From assembly GCA_039679675.1 (NCBI GenBank), contig JBDKUN010000034.1, forward strand, positions 1-44,838: DNA of 44,838 nt. The letters run 5' to 3'. Of this stretch, positions 28,587-37,353 are shown in pieces; position 1 is the first letter of the stretch, and every line of letters starts with the position of its first letter. Source of the DNA: Armatimonadota bacterium. Lineage in GTDB: Bacteria > Armatimonadota > UBA5829 > DTLH01. Below the pieces are notes generated by a model. The model searched no databases. It was not told the origin of the DNA and saw only the letters and a program-made list of their open reading frames with translations. The translations under genes and the position numbers were made by a program.

Positions 28587-29573
28587 ATGCTTCTTCTTAT
28601 TATAATCATCCTTTTGGCGCTGGCTTTTGACTTTATCAATGGGTTCCATGATGCCGCAAATTCAATCGCCACTGTAGTTGCTACAAAAGTACTTACTCCG
28701 CTGAGAGCCGTAGCTTGGGCTGCTTCGTTTAATTTTATTGCCGCTCTTCTATTCCCGACTCACGTTGCGGCTACCATCGGCAAGGATGTAATACATGCTA
28801 AGGTCATCGATCCCCACGTTATTTTGTGTGCGCTGATCGGTGCAATCGTATGGGACCTTATTACATGGATAGCAGGGTTGCCGACCAGCTCTTCGCATGC
28901 ATTGGTTGGTGGGCTTTTGGGCGCAGCGCTTGGTAGAAAGTGGAGTGCCAGCGTCCTTTGCACCGGGGGAATTCTGAAGATAGTGTTATTTATCTTCTTA
29001 GCGCCGGTTATAGGGCTTGTGCTCGGGCTCATTTTCATGACGGCCATCTCATGGATATTCCGATCCTGTCCGCCGGGGCGGGTAAATAGATACTTCAGAC
29101 ATGCACAATTCTTTTCTGCCGGGTCATATAGTCTGGGACATGGCTTAAACGATGCGCAGAAGACTATGGGTATCATCTGGATGCTTCTCATTGCAACCGG
29201 CCACGCGTCGCCGATTACCCTGCCGTTCTGGGTCAAGATTGCCTGCTGTGTTGCAATAGCGGCAGGCACAATGTCCGGTGGTTGGCGTATCGTAAAAACT
29301 ATGGGACTTGGCCTGACAAAGCTCCAGCCGCCAGGTGCATTCAGCGCGGAGTTATCTGGTGCTATAACACTCATTGGAGTATCATGTTTTGGTATCCCTG
29401 TGAGTACTACGCATACCATCACTGGTGCAATTGTTGGCGTCGGCTCAACCAAAAGACTTTCCGCCGTGCGATGGGGAGTTGCCAGCCGTATAGTGTGGGC
29501 GTGGATACTGACTATTCCTATGGCTGCTTTGATAGGTTGGCTGGCTTATCATTGCATGCACTTGTTTATGTAG
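28587..29573 (+). CDS. pit: Inorganic phosphate transporter, PiT family
   Basis: NGFHDAANSIAT, GLPTSSSHAL, HGLNDAQKTMG, PVSTTH. Confidence 0.95.
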   Translation: MLLLIIIILLALAFDFINGFHDAANSIATVVATKVLTPLRAVAWAASFNFIAALLFPTHVAATIGKDVIHAKVIDPHVILCALIGAIVWDLITWIAGLPTSSSHALVGGLLGAALGRKWSASVLCTGGILKIVLFIFLAPVIGLVLGLIFMTAISWIFRSCPPGRVNRYFRHAQFFSAGSYSLGHGLNDAQKTMGIIWMLLIATGHASPITLPFWVKIACCVAIAAGTMSGGWRIVKTMGLGLTKLQPPGAFSAELSGAITLIGVSCFGIPVSTTHTITGAIVGVGSTKRLSAVRWGVASRIVWAWILTIPMAALIGWLAYHCMHLFM

Positions 29574-29608
29574 CGCGAATTAACCGCGCGTAAGGAAAAG
29601 GCGTTATT

Positions 29609-30238
29609 ATGGGATTTCGACTCTTACCCAAAGAAGTAAAGTTCTTCGAGATGTTCTACGAGCAGTCCGAGTGTGCGGTCGAAGCCGCTGAGCTGCTTGT
29701 TGATATCGTAAAAGATTTTAAAGATATTAATCGGGATCTGCTGAATGTCAATAAAATCGAGCATAAGGCGGATGAGATTGCTCATCGCATCGCTGAAAAG
29801 CTGAACCTGACGTTCATTACTCCTATCGACCAGGAGGATATTCATGCTCTGTCCTCAGCGCTCGATGACATTGTGGACTTCATCGATGCAACTGTCGAAA
29901 GACTGGTGCTATACAAGATCAAACACCCGACAGACGACCTGGCAGAACTTGTGATAATGCTTCTTCGTGCAACCGAGGAGACCCGTTCAGCCGTCCTCGA
30001 GCTTGGGAACTTCAAAAAGAACCCGAATACCATAAAACAGTGCTGGATCGAGATTCACAGGCTCGAGAACCAGGGTGACAGCTCAAGCCGGGCGGCTCTG
30101 GCGAAGCTCTTCGAGACCGAGACGAACGCGGTCGAAGTGATCAAGTGGAAAGAGATCTATGAGCACGTGGAGACGGCAATCGACAAGTGCGAAGATGTTG
30201 CCAACGTCCTGGAGCAGATCGTTCTGAAGAATAGCTAG
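29609..30238 (+). CDS. DUF47/PhoU-like PiT accessory protein
   Basis: EHKADEI, TFITPIDQEDI, LENQGD, IKWKEIYE..E.AIDKCEDVAN. Confidence 0.93.
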   Translation: MGFRLLPKEVKFFEMFYEQSECAVEAAELLVDIVKDFKDINRDLLNVNKIEHKADEIAHRIAEKLNLTFITPIDQEDIHALSSALDDIVDFIDATVERLVLYKIKHPTDDLAELVIMLLRATEETRSAVLELGNFKKNPNTIKQCWIEIHRLENQGDSSSRAALAKLFETETNAVEVIKWKEIYEHVETAIDKCEDVANVLEQIVLKNS

Positions 30239-30335
30239 TTGAGATATGAGAATCTAGGAATTCATATACTTCGGGACCGCAGTTCGTCCAACCCCGTGGA
30301 CCTACCGGACCACGGGGAGAAGCACGACATTCGTC

Positions 30336-30416
30336 TTGTTATTTCGGGACGCCCTCGTCCCGAAATCTACCCTTCGTAGTTATGCTGGTATTGGGACAGG
30401 TGTCCCGATACAACAA
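30336..30416. repeat. Inverted doublet of REP-like palindromes (family 2)
   Basis: ATTTCGGGACG-CCCT-CGTCCCGAAAT-CTAC (GTAG foot on minus strand) and GTATTGGGACA-GG-TGTCCCGATAC; outer arms TTGTTATTTCGGGAC and GTCCCGATACAACAA are mutually inverted. Confidence 0.6.
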
Positions 30417-30434
30417 ACTGATACGATGATGACA

Positions 30435-30465
30435 ACTTTAGCGCAAAAAGCTCGCGCCGAAGCAT
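30435..30465 (+). repeat. Palindromic repeat family 1, copy R2
   Basis: ACTTTAGCGCAAAAAGCTCGCGCCGAAGCAT, about 15 nt beyond the stop of the AT-rich gene 30480-30962. Confidence 0.65.
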
Positions 30466-30479
30466 TCCAAAGAATAATA

Positions 30480-30962
30480 TCAAAGCCGAACTGGTCTGTT
30501 GTAGCCCTTCAGTTCATCGAATCCTGTTGGCCTATGTAGAGTTGGTTGTTTATGGATTCCGTAGCTATGTAACAACGAGATCCACTGTTTATTTGACAAC
30601 CCTTTATATAATTTGCCTCCATCGCATACTAAAATAAAGTATCCTGATCTTGAATCCCAGTGTTTGCTTTTGCCAATATAACCTACAACAATATTTGAAT
30701 GCTTTGTACTATAAACACGGTATGCTTTTACTTTTGGACCGATAATAATCCTTCCTACTGTACCTGACTCGGCAAGACATACATTATCACCTCCAGATAT
30801 TGGAATAAGAGAGTAACCACGCGGAAGGCCAATTTCCCAGCTGTGGAAAGGCATAAATGTCCCAACAATATGAGGCGCACGAATAAAAACCACAATCGGC
30901 AAAAGAATTAACAATACAACAAATATTGATACAAGCCATATCAGGCATCTTAGGCATCTCAT
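30480..30962 (-). CDS. AT-rich hypothetical membrane-anchored protein (DUF3997-like)
   Basis: N-terminal TM helix; LPRGYSL...IIGPKV...GYFIL pattern; family assignment from memory only. Confidence 0.6.
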   Translation of the reverse strand: MRCLRCLIWLVSIFVVLLILLPIVVFIRAPHIVGTFMPFHSWEIGLPRGYSLIPISGGDNVCLAESGTVGRIIIGPKVKAYRVYSTKHSNIVVGYIGKSKHWDSRSGYFILVCDGGKLYKGLSNKQWISLLHSYGIHKQPTLHRPTGFDELKGYNRPVRL

Positions 30963-31218
30963 TTTGCTCTACCTACTATAGACTTTAGGTCAACGGCTTA
31001 ATAGTAAAGAGTTTATTCAAGTTATTCCGTTGGTTGACGATCAGGAGAAACATCCAGTTGTTGAACGACAGACGAAAGCAATTGCAATTCCGACAGGTCA
31101 ACAACCGGATATCTCTAGTATAAAATACCTTTATGCTGCGGGAGTGGCAAGTCTGCATAATCTATTGATTTACACAGATTTAATTCCCGCAGCGGTAACA
31201 GCTGATCTTTTCTTTTAG

Positions 31219-32556
31219 CTACCCCATCACCCGCTGGACGGACTCTGCTATGCTTCCCACAAGTGTCTCAAGTTCACTCATGTCAGGGCCTTCAGCCATG
31301 ACACGGATCAATTTTTCCGTTCCGGAAGGACGAACGAGGACTCGTCCTTTTCCTGAAAGCTGTTTTTCGGCTTCGGCGATAGCGGCGACTATCTCCGGCC
31401 TCTTGTCCCATCCGTCTCGGTCTTTTACGCGGACATTTACAAGAAGCTGAGGGAACTCTTCCATCTCAGAAGCTAGTTCGGAGAGCTTCTTCCCGGTTTC
31501 GATCATAATAGAGATGATCTGGAGCGCTGTGACCACGCCGTCTCCGGTGGATGCGAACTTAGAAAGTATGATGTGACCGGATTTTTCTCCTCCCACGATT
31601 GCGCCGATGCGCCGCATTTCGTCAGAGACATAACGGTCGCCTACGGGAGTCCTCACGAGCTTTACATTCTCTTTAGCGAGCGCAATTTCGAGCCCGATGT
31701 TGCTCATGACCGTTCCAACCACTGCGTTTCCGGGCAAATCGCCAAGTCTTGCCTGTCTCAGTCCATAAATCGCCATTACACGGTCGCCGTCTACGATCTC
31801 ACCCTGTTCATCGACCATTATGACTCTATCGGCATCGCCATCGAAAGCGAGCCCCACATCTGCACCGAGTTTCTTTACCTTGTCTCGCAGTGAATCGGGA
31901 TGAAGTGAGCCGCAGCCAGCATTTATGTTAATTCCGTTCGGGTTGCTGTTTATTGTCTTGACATCCGCGCCGACCTCAGAGAGTATCTGGGGAGCCAGTT
32001 CCGAGGATGCTCCGTTTGCGCAGTCGATTACGACTTTGAGCCCATCGAACTTTCTGGTAGCAGCGACCTTCAGGTGTTGGGCGTACTCCCAGGCCATCTC
32101 GTGCTTGCGAAACATCCTTCCGACATCGCCGCCTTTAGGGCGCGGAAGCTGATCGAATGCTGCTGTGTATTTCTCAATCTCGGCTTCGACCGCATCATCG
32201 AGCTTGTAGCCATCCGGCCCAAAGAACTTGATTCCGTTGTCCTGAACGGGGTTATGAGATGCGGATATAACTACTCCGGCTGACGCGCCGGTCGATGCTG
32301 TAAGGTAGGAGACTCCAGGTGTCGAGATCACTCCGACAAGGAGCGCATCCAGCCCCTGGGAGCAGACGCCTGCAACCATAGCTGATTCAAGTATATCTCC
32401 GGATATTCTTGGATCACGTCCGATGAGTATTCTGCCTTTGTTCTTTTGCTCAACAATGACGTGAGCCGCCGCTGTGCCTAGCTGAAGTGCAAGAAGCGGG
32501 GTCAGTTCGACGTTTGCAACGCCTCTGACTCCGTCAGTTCCGAATAATTTTCCCAA
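31219..32556 (-). CDS. glmM: Phosphoglucosamine mutase
   Basis: LFGTDGVRG, ISASHNP, AFDGDADR, GGEKSGH, VRPSGTE. Confidence 0.97.
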   Translation of the reverse strand: MGKLFGTDGVRGVANVELTPLLALQLGTAAAHVIVEQKNKGRILIGRDPRISGDILESAMVAGVCSQGLDALLVGVISTPGVSYLTASTGASAGVVISASHNPVQDNGIKFFGPDGYKLDDAVEAEIEKYTAAFDQLPRPKGGDVGRMFRKHEMAWEYAQHLKVAATRKFDGLKVVIDCANGASSELAPQILSEVGADVKTINSNPNGININAGCGSLHPDSLRDKVKKLGADVGLAFDGDADRVIMVDEQGEIVDGDRVMAIYGLRQARLGDLPGNAVVGTVMSNIGLEIALAKENVKLVRTPVGDRYVSDEMRRIGAIVGGEKSGHIILSKFASTGDGVVTALQIISIMIETGKKLSELASEMEEFPQLLVNVRVKDRDGWDKRPEIVAAIAEAEKQLSGKGRVLVRPSGTEKLIRVMAEGPDMSELETLVGSIAESVQRVMG

Positions 32557-32586
32557 TTAGCTCTCCTTTATTGACTTGCAAGTTTA

Positions 32587-33540
32587 CTATGGGGTTTGCT
32601 CGGACACGATTCTTATAGTTACTTTAACCTTGCCCGTGCCTTCGATATCTATTCCGGGTGGAACGTGAAGTCCTACGTAGCGGATGACATCAGATGTTGC
32701 GCCGCTCACGTCCACATCATCAGTCAATATGATGCTGGTTCCCGCAAGTCTCTCAGGTTTGCCGTTTACCATGATGGAGCTTGGCGTCACGCTGACCTTT
32801 GTAACCTTGTATGGGAATTCAGGCTGGCCTACTATGCTCGGGCTGACGAATACTGCCTTGTTTGCAGGAGCTTCAACCAGCGTCATGGCGACATGAGCGT
32901 CATCGGGGGCTACATCCACCCCCTGTACCTCGTTGCCGCGGGCATCCAGTGCCTTGATGGCTGCATATTCGTCAACTGAAGGCTTGAGCGGGGTAGGGTC
33001 GACCACAACCACCAGCCTCGCTACACTATTCACAAGGCTGCTTCCGCCTGATACGGTTGCGGTGGCGGGTGAAATATCCGGCTGGCTCGCAGAGAGCCCT
33101 ATGGGTGGTGAAGTCTTTATTCTGACCTGCAGCGGCATTGTTCGGGACGAAACCACATCCACCTTAACGAGCATGTGCTGCGGAACTGCCTGGACGGTGA
33201 TATTTCCGTTTGTGGAGCCCGGAATATCAATTTTCACCGGTATGTCGTGATCTCCTGCCTGACAGCCTTCGAGGTCTATTATCGCCTTGGCTTCACCGGA
33301 TTTTGACATTGCGACGACCGCATCTACATCGCTTTTGGAGCCTCGAAGAGAGACCGTCACTTTGTCCTGGCGGGGTCGTGCAACATATCCATCTTGAATA
33401 TGAACGGCCTGTACTGTCATGTCGAGCGACGCGGTCGTCCAGGGGTTTCGTTCGCTGTGTACGTATGAAGACAGGATAATCGCGGTACCCAAAGCGAGCA
33501 GTTTATAGGGCCAATTGCTGAGCAGTTTGCGGACTGACAT
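32587..33540 (-). CDS. cdaR: CdaR/YbbR-domain regulator of diadenylate cyclase
   Basis: N-terminal TM (NWPYKLLAL) and repeated beta-rich YbbR-like units; lies between cdaA and glmM. Confidence 0.88.
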   Translation of the reverse strand: MSVRKLLSNWPYKLLALGTAIILSSYVHSERNPWTTASLDMTVQAVHIQDGYVARPRQDKVTVSLRGSKSDVDAVVAMSKSGEAKAIIDLEGCQAGDHDIPVKIDIPGSTNGNITVQAVPQHMLVKVDVVSSRTMPLQVRIKTSPPIGLSASQPDISPATATVSGGSSLVNSVARLVVVVDPTPLKPSVDEYAAIKALDARGNEVQGVDVAPDDAHVAMTLVEAPANKAVFVSPSIVGQPEFPYKVTKVSVTPSSIMVNGKPERLAGTSIILTDDVDVSGATSDVIRYVGLHVPPGIDIEGTGKVKVTIRIVSEQTP

Positions 33541-34394
33541 TATTTATACCTCAAACCGGCCCGCCGCAAGGTGACATCGACCGTTTTTCTGAACTGCGAC
33601 TTATCCGAATTGTCGCCATCGCCGAATATCGACTTAAGCCATGTGGAAAGTGTGTCCTGGTTCAATCCGCTGTGGAGCTTGCCTTCAAGCGCGAGAGATA
33701 TCGTTCCGGTCTCTTCGGAAACGACAACGACAACCGCATCGCTTTGTTCCGTGACGCCGATTGCTGCTTTGTGCCGTGTGTGGATCATAGTGCCGATGTG
33801 AACGCTCTCCGAAAGCGGCAGGATACACCCGGCGGCAACCAGTTTATTCCCCCGAATGATGACCGCGCCGTCGTGGAGCGCGCTTCCGGGGTAGAATATC
33901 GTGGTAAGAAGATGAGCCGACACTGCTCCCTGTATCACTGTTCCGGTCTCTATCAAGCTTTCGAGCCCTACGTCGCGTTCCAGTACGATGAGCGCTCCGA
34001 CGCGCTGTGCCGACATTCTCGATGCTGCCTCAGCTATCGTCTGGATGATCGTAGAGACATCTTCCTTGGCGAGCCTCGAAAACCCGCGGCTCCACCCGGC
34101 CCATTTGCCCATTTCCTCCAGAAGATGGCGAAGCTCAGGATAAAAAAGCAGGACGATAGCGACCGGGCCTAACGGAAGGAACGACTGAAGCAGCCAGTTT
34201 ATCGTAACCAGCCCAAGCCGACGGCTGACATATAAAAAGAGGAAGAAGATGACCAGCCCCCATATAACCCGCCAAGCCCTGGAACGCTTTGCAAACATCA
34301 TGAGCAGGTAGATTGCTATGGAGACCAGTATTATGTCTATTACGGACGAGAGAAGCTCGACCCACCCGACCTGGAATAACCTATGCAGCCACAC
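33540..34394 (-). CDS. cdaA: Diadenylate cyclase CdaA/DacA
   Basis: Three N-terminal TMs, GALIVLER, IFYPGSALHDGAVII, TRHKAAIG, VSEETG. Confidence 0.93.
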   Translation of the reverse strand: MWLHRLFQVGWVELLSSVIDIILVSIAIYLLMMFAKRSRAWRVIWGLVIFFLFLYVSRRLGLVTINWLLQSFLPLGPVAIVLLFYPELRHLLEEMGKWAGWSRGFSRLAKEDVSTIIQTIAEAASRMSAQRVGALIVLERDVGLESLIETGTVIQGAVSAHLLTTIFYPGSALHDGAVIIRGNKLVAAGCILPLSESVHIGTMIHTRHKAAIGVTEQSDAVVVVVSEETGTISLALEGKLHSGLNQDTLSTWLKSIFGDGDNSDKSQFRKTVDVTLRRAGLRYK

Positions 34395-34580
34395 GGCTTT
34401 CAGCCCCGTATCCTTCTCTTCGCGGATAACACTTGTTAACGAAGTTTACGCTATTTTGTACATCCAATATAATAACACCGAGCTGTACACCCGGTCAACC
34501 AAAAATAAGATTTTTGGTGCGCATAACGAGAGAAGTGAAGAGCCTTTTTGCTTGCAAATGGAAAGGGAATCTTTGGAAGA

Positions 34581-34673
34581 TATGCATCAGGCGCGGTTTT
34601 TGCGCCGAAGCCCCCATGACCGACATCCACGGCCTAAACGTGTTGTGACCACAATCCCGTTTACACTGTCTAT
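34581..34673 (-). repeat. 93-bp direct repeat unit 1 (family-1 palindrome R3 + conserved spacer)
   Basis: Aligns with 35529-35620 with 9 substitutions and 1 indel (manual count). Confidence 0.9.
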
Positions 34674-34686
34674 CGCCGATAGATCA

Positions 34687-34717
34687 GCGTCGGCGCAAAA
34701 AGATAACGCCGACGCAT
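34687..34717 (+). repeat. Palindromic repeat family 1, copy R4 (inverted relative to R3)
   Basis: GCGTCGGCG-CAAAAAGATAA-CGCCGACGC-AT, 6 nt from the stop of 34724-35479. Confidence 0.7.
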
Positions 34718-34723
34718 CCCAAA

Positions 34724-35479
34724 TCAGGCTTTCAATGCCGATTCTATGGATTCCCTATACATCTCAAAAACATGCTCATCAGTAGCGTAGATTGCTAATT
34801 TCATCAGCAACTCCCGTATCTGTTGCTCAGTGACACCTAATTGTTGGTATGCTTGTACTGCATACCGAATTACTGAACTTCGGACATGACCATGTTTAAG
34901 AACGTGTTTGATATAGCACTCAAGATATGGAATACTATAAGTTCCCTTCTTATCAGCAATTAGCCACCATGCAGTCGAAAGATAGGAATGCTTCATTCTT
35001 GGTGCGTTATCCAAAAGCACACACATTGTTTGAAGTATAGTTGCGACTTCATTCATATCTTTGCGCTGCACTGCATAAGTTGCCAACTGATCCAGTGATT
35101 GAAGTTGCCCTGCGTAGTCCTGATTCTCTTTGGCAATTTGATATGCTTTTTTCAGCCAATCATCGGCACGGCCAGGGTGTCGGCTTGCTTCATAGCTTTT
35201 AGCAATACCGATTAGTGCATCTACCGTATACGAAGATTGTTTCAACACCCATCGGAATTGTTTTCCAGCACTGATGGATTTCCTCGATTTCAAATATAAC
35301 TCACCCATCAGCAACCGAAGCTGGATGACAAGATCATCATTACCGCTAATTACTGCTAATCTTATGCGTTTTCTGATCATCTTCAATAAGTAATGAGGAT
35401 CAGCCCCACTAAAAAATAAATCATAAATCTTACGTCTGAATAAATCGATGTCACTCTTATCATGATTCATATTCAACAA
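34724..35479 (-). CDS. AT-rich hypothetical alpha-helical (TPR-like) protein
   Basis: Helical repeats such as LLMGELYLK..A.KQF and ALIGIAKSYEA..A..WLKKA; start uncertain. Confidence 0.65.
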   Translation of the reverse strand: MLNMNHDKSDIDLFRRKIYDLFFSGADPHYLLKMIRKRIRLAVISGNDDLVIQLRLLMGELYLKSRKSISAGKQFRWVLKQSSYTVDALIGIAKSYEASRHPGRADDWLKKAYQIAKENQDYAGQLQSLDQLATYAVQRKDMNEVATILQTMCVLLDNAPRMKHSYLSTAWWLIADKKGTYSIPYLECYIKHVLKHGHVRSSVIRYAVQAYQQLGVTEQQIRELLMKLAIYATDEHVFEMYRESIESALKA

Positions 35480-35528
35480 CTCTCAATGCTGACCATACCA
35501 ATCTTTGCATTTATCCAACTCTTTCTTA

Positions 35529-35620
35529 TATGCTTCGGGCGCGGTTTTTGCGCCGAAGCCCTCATGATCGACATCCACGGCCTGAACGTGCTGTGACTAC
35601 CAGCCGTTTACACTGTCTAT
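35529..35620 (-). repeat. Direct repeat unit 2, 92 bp (family-1 palindrome R5 + spacer)
   Basis: TATGCTTCGGGCGCGGTTTTTGCGCCGAAGC...GTTTACACTGTCTAT; ends 1 nt from the stop of 35622-36206. Confidence 0.9.
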
Positions 35621-35621
35621 T

Positions 35622-36206
35622 TTACTTTGCCCCATGTTGTTTAAGATAGGTGGCGATCTGCTTGCGCTCGCTTCCTGCAGCCATCACAAGTGGTGTAATT
35701 GGCGGTTTATCACTGTCTGCAGCATTAGCATTGACATTAGCTCCTCTGGAAACTAAGAGTTTTACAAGATCGATATTTTTTGACATAACTGCCCAGTGTA
35801 ACGGCGTAAAGCCACTATCATTCATGATATTCACATCAGCACCAGACAAGATAAGAAATTTTGCAGTATCGAATTTCTGGTTTTCTAATGCCATATGCAA
35901 TGCAGTTTCTCCAGTTTCTGTCTTGGCATTAATATCTACACCTGCCCTGAGAAGAACAATAATAACTTTGGTTTGTCCTGCCAAAGCTGCATCATGTAAA
36001 GCTGTCCAGCCTGTTCCGCAAGCTGTCTTAGCTAATGCTGGATGTTTTTTCAATATCGCTGTTACCCTGTTTGTATCTCCTCTACGACATGCTCTAGAAA
36101 GAGCAGTGCTGGGATCTTGCTGTATGCTGCAACCAAGACATAGTGTCAAGAGAATTATGCATAATAGCACAGCTTTAAACTTAATATATGAGCCTTTCTG
36201 TTCCAA
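35622..36206 (-). CDS. Ankyrin-repeat lipoprotein (about 4 repeats)
   Basis: Lipobox CLGC; GWTALHDAA, GETALHMA, GFTPLHWA; GGGAGG RBS before TTG. Confidence 0.9.
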   Translation of the reverse strand: MEQKGSYIKFKAVLLCIILLTLCLGCSIQQDPSTALSRACRRGDTNRVTAILKKHPALAKTACGTGWTALHDAALAGQTKVIIVLLRAGVDINAKTETGETALHMALENQKFDTAKFLILSGADVNIMNDSGFTPLHWAVMSKNIDLVKLLVSRGANVNANAADSDKPPITPLVMAAGSERKQIATYLKQHGAK

Positions 36207-36225
36207 TTATTTCCTCCCAAAAGGG

Positions 36226-36266
36226 TTTGTATGCTTCAGCGCGGCTTTTACGCCGAGGTATACAAA
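36226..36266 (-). repeat. Palindromic repeat family 1, copy R6
   Basis: TTTGTATGCTTCAGCG-CGGCTTTTA-CGCCGAGGTATACAAA fills most of the spacer between the two ankyrin genes. Confidence 0.85.
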
Positions 36267-36272
36267 TAGCTA

Positions 36273-37349
36273 CTATACGCCACCATTGGCTTTGATATAA
36301 TCGGCAAATTCTTCATATCCCTTAAATTCTGCCCAGCCGAGCGGCGTCCGGCCAAATTTATCTCTAATGTTAATATTTGCCCCTGCTTGTATAAGCATTC
36401 TTCCTACTTCAAGTTGATTTCTTACATGCTCATTATTTGCATAGGCATAACTATATAATGACATGTGGAGTGGTGTCATATTGGAGCTTGTCCTAGCATT
36501 GAGATTTGCACCTTGATTAATGAGGAATTGGGCTGTATTAGTGCATCCACACATTGCTGCCCAGTGCAAGGGAGTATATCCTTGGCCATCAGTCATGTTG
36601 ATTGCGTTTCGATGGTTGTGTAAGATTGATATAAGGCTTTGCACGTCATCAGTTCCGGCAGCAATAAACATATCAACGCTGCCTCCCTTGCTTAACATAA
36701 GCTGCACAATTTTCTTCCGGTTGTTCATTACCGCGTAATGAAGAGGTGTATATCCAACTGCATTCTTACTATTTATATTCGCCCCATTCCGTAATAGCTC
36801 TTCTGCAGCGGTAATATTTATACCGGATACTGCTTCATGTAGAGGTGTATTGCCAGATTTGTCTTTGGCATTAATGTTCCCTCCTTTAGCTATCAAAAAT
36901 CGCACAGCCTCCGCATTTTCATCAGAATGCGCAGCATAATGTAAAGGAACTCGACCTTTTAGGTCAGTTGCATTTACGTCAGCTCCTTTTGACAACAGCA
37001 AATCCACAACTTCCTTGTGTCCATATTTAGATGCTAAATGAATCGGTAAGATACCGTCACTTGTTTCATCTGATATATTTACTCGAGCACCATTATCTAT
37101 AAGATATTTTACTATCCCCAGATGTCCTTTTTCTGCTGCCACAAGCAGTGCTGATCCACAATAACCGCGATACACATAGTTTATATTTGCTCCATTAGCC
37201 AAAAATTTTTTTACTGAAGCAAGGTCTCCACTTTCTGCAGCCTCATATAAATTGTGCGGTTTTGTTCCACACCCTGAAAGCAAACACATCGTTACAAACA
37301 ACAATGTATATAATTTCGTAAAGTGATCGTGCTTCATTTTTTCTCTCAT
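36273..37349 (-). CDS. Ankyrin-repeat lipoprotein (about 9 repeats)
   Basis: Lipobox LSGC; GILPIHLA, GRVPLHYA, GNTPLHEA, GYTPLHYA, GYTPLHWA, GRTPL. Confidence 0.92.
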   Translation of the reverse strand: MREKMKHDHFTKLYTLLFVTMCLLSGCGTKPHNLYEAAESGDLASVKKFLANGANINYVYRGYCGSALLVAAEKGHLGIVKYLIDNGARVNISDETSDGILPIHLASKYGHKEVVDLLLSKGADVNATDLKGRVPLHYAAHSDENAEAVRFLIAKGGNINAKDKSGNTPLHEAVSGINITAAEELLRNGANINSKNAVGYTPLHYAVMNNRKKIVQLMLSKGGSVDMFIAAGTDDVQSLISILHNHRNAINMTDGQGYTPLHWAAMCGCTNTAQFLINQGANLNARTSSNMTPLHMSLYSYAYANNEHVRNQLEVGRMLIQAGANINIRDKFGRTPLGWAEFKGYEEFADYIKANGGV

Positions 37350-37353
37350 AATA

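Noticed and set aside
30963..31218. glmS ribozyme downstream of glmM, and the 62-aa ORF 31030-31218
   Set aside because: No glmS gene follows and no ribozyme core was recognised; the ORF lacks an RBS and runs across two hairpins.
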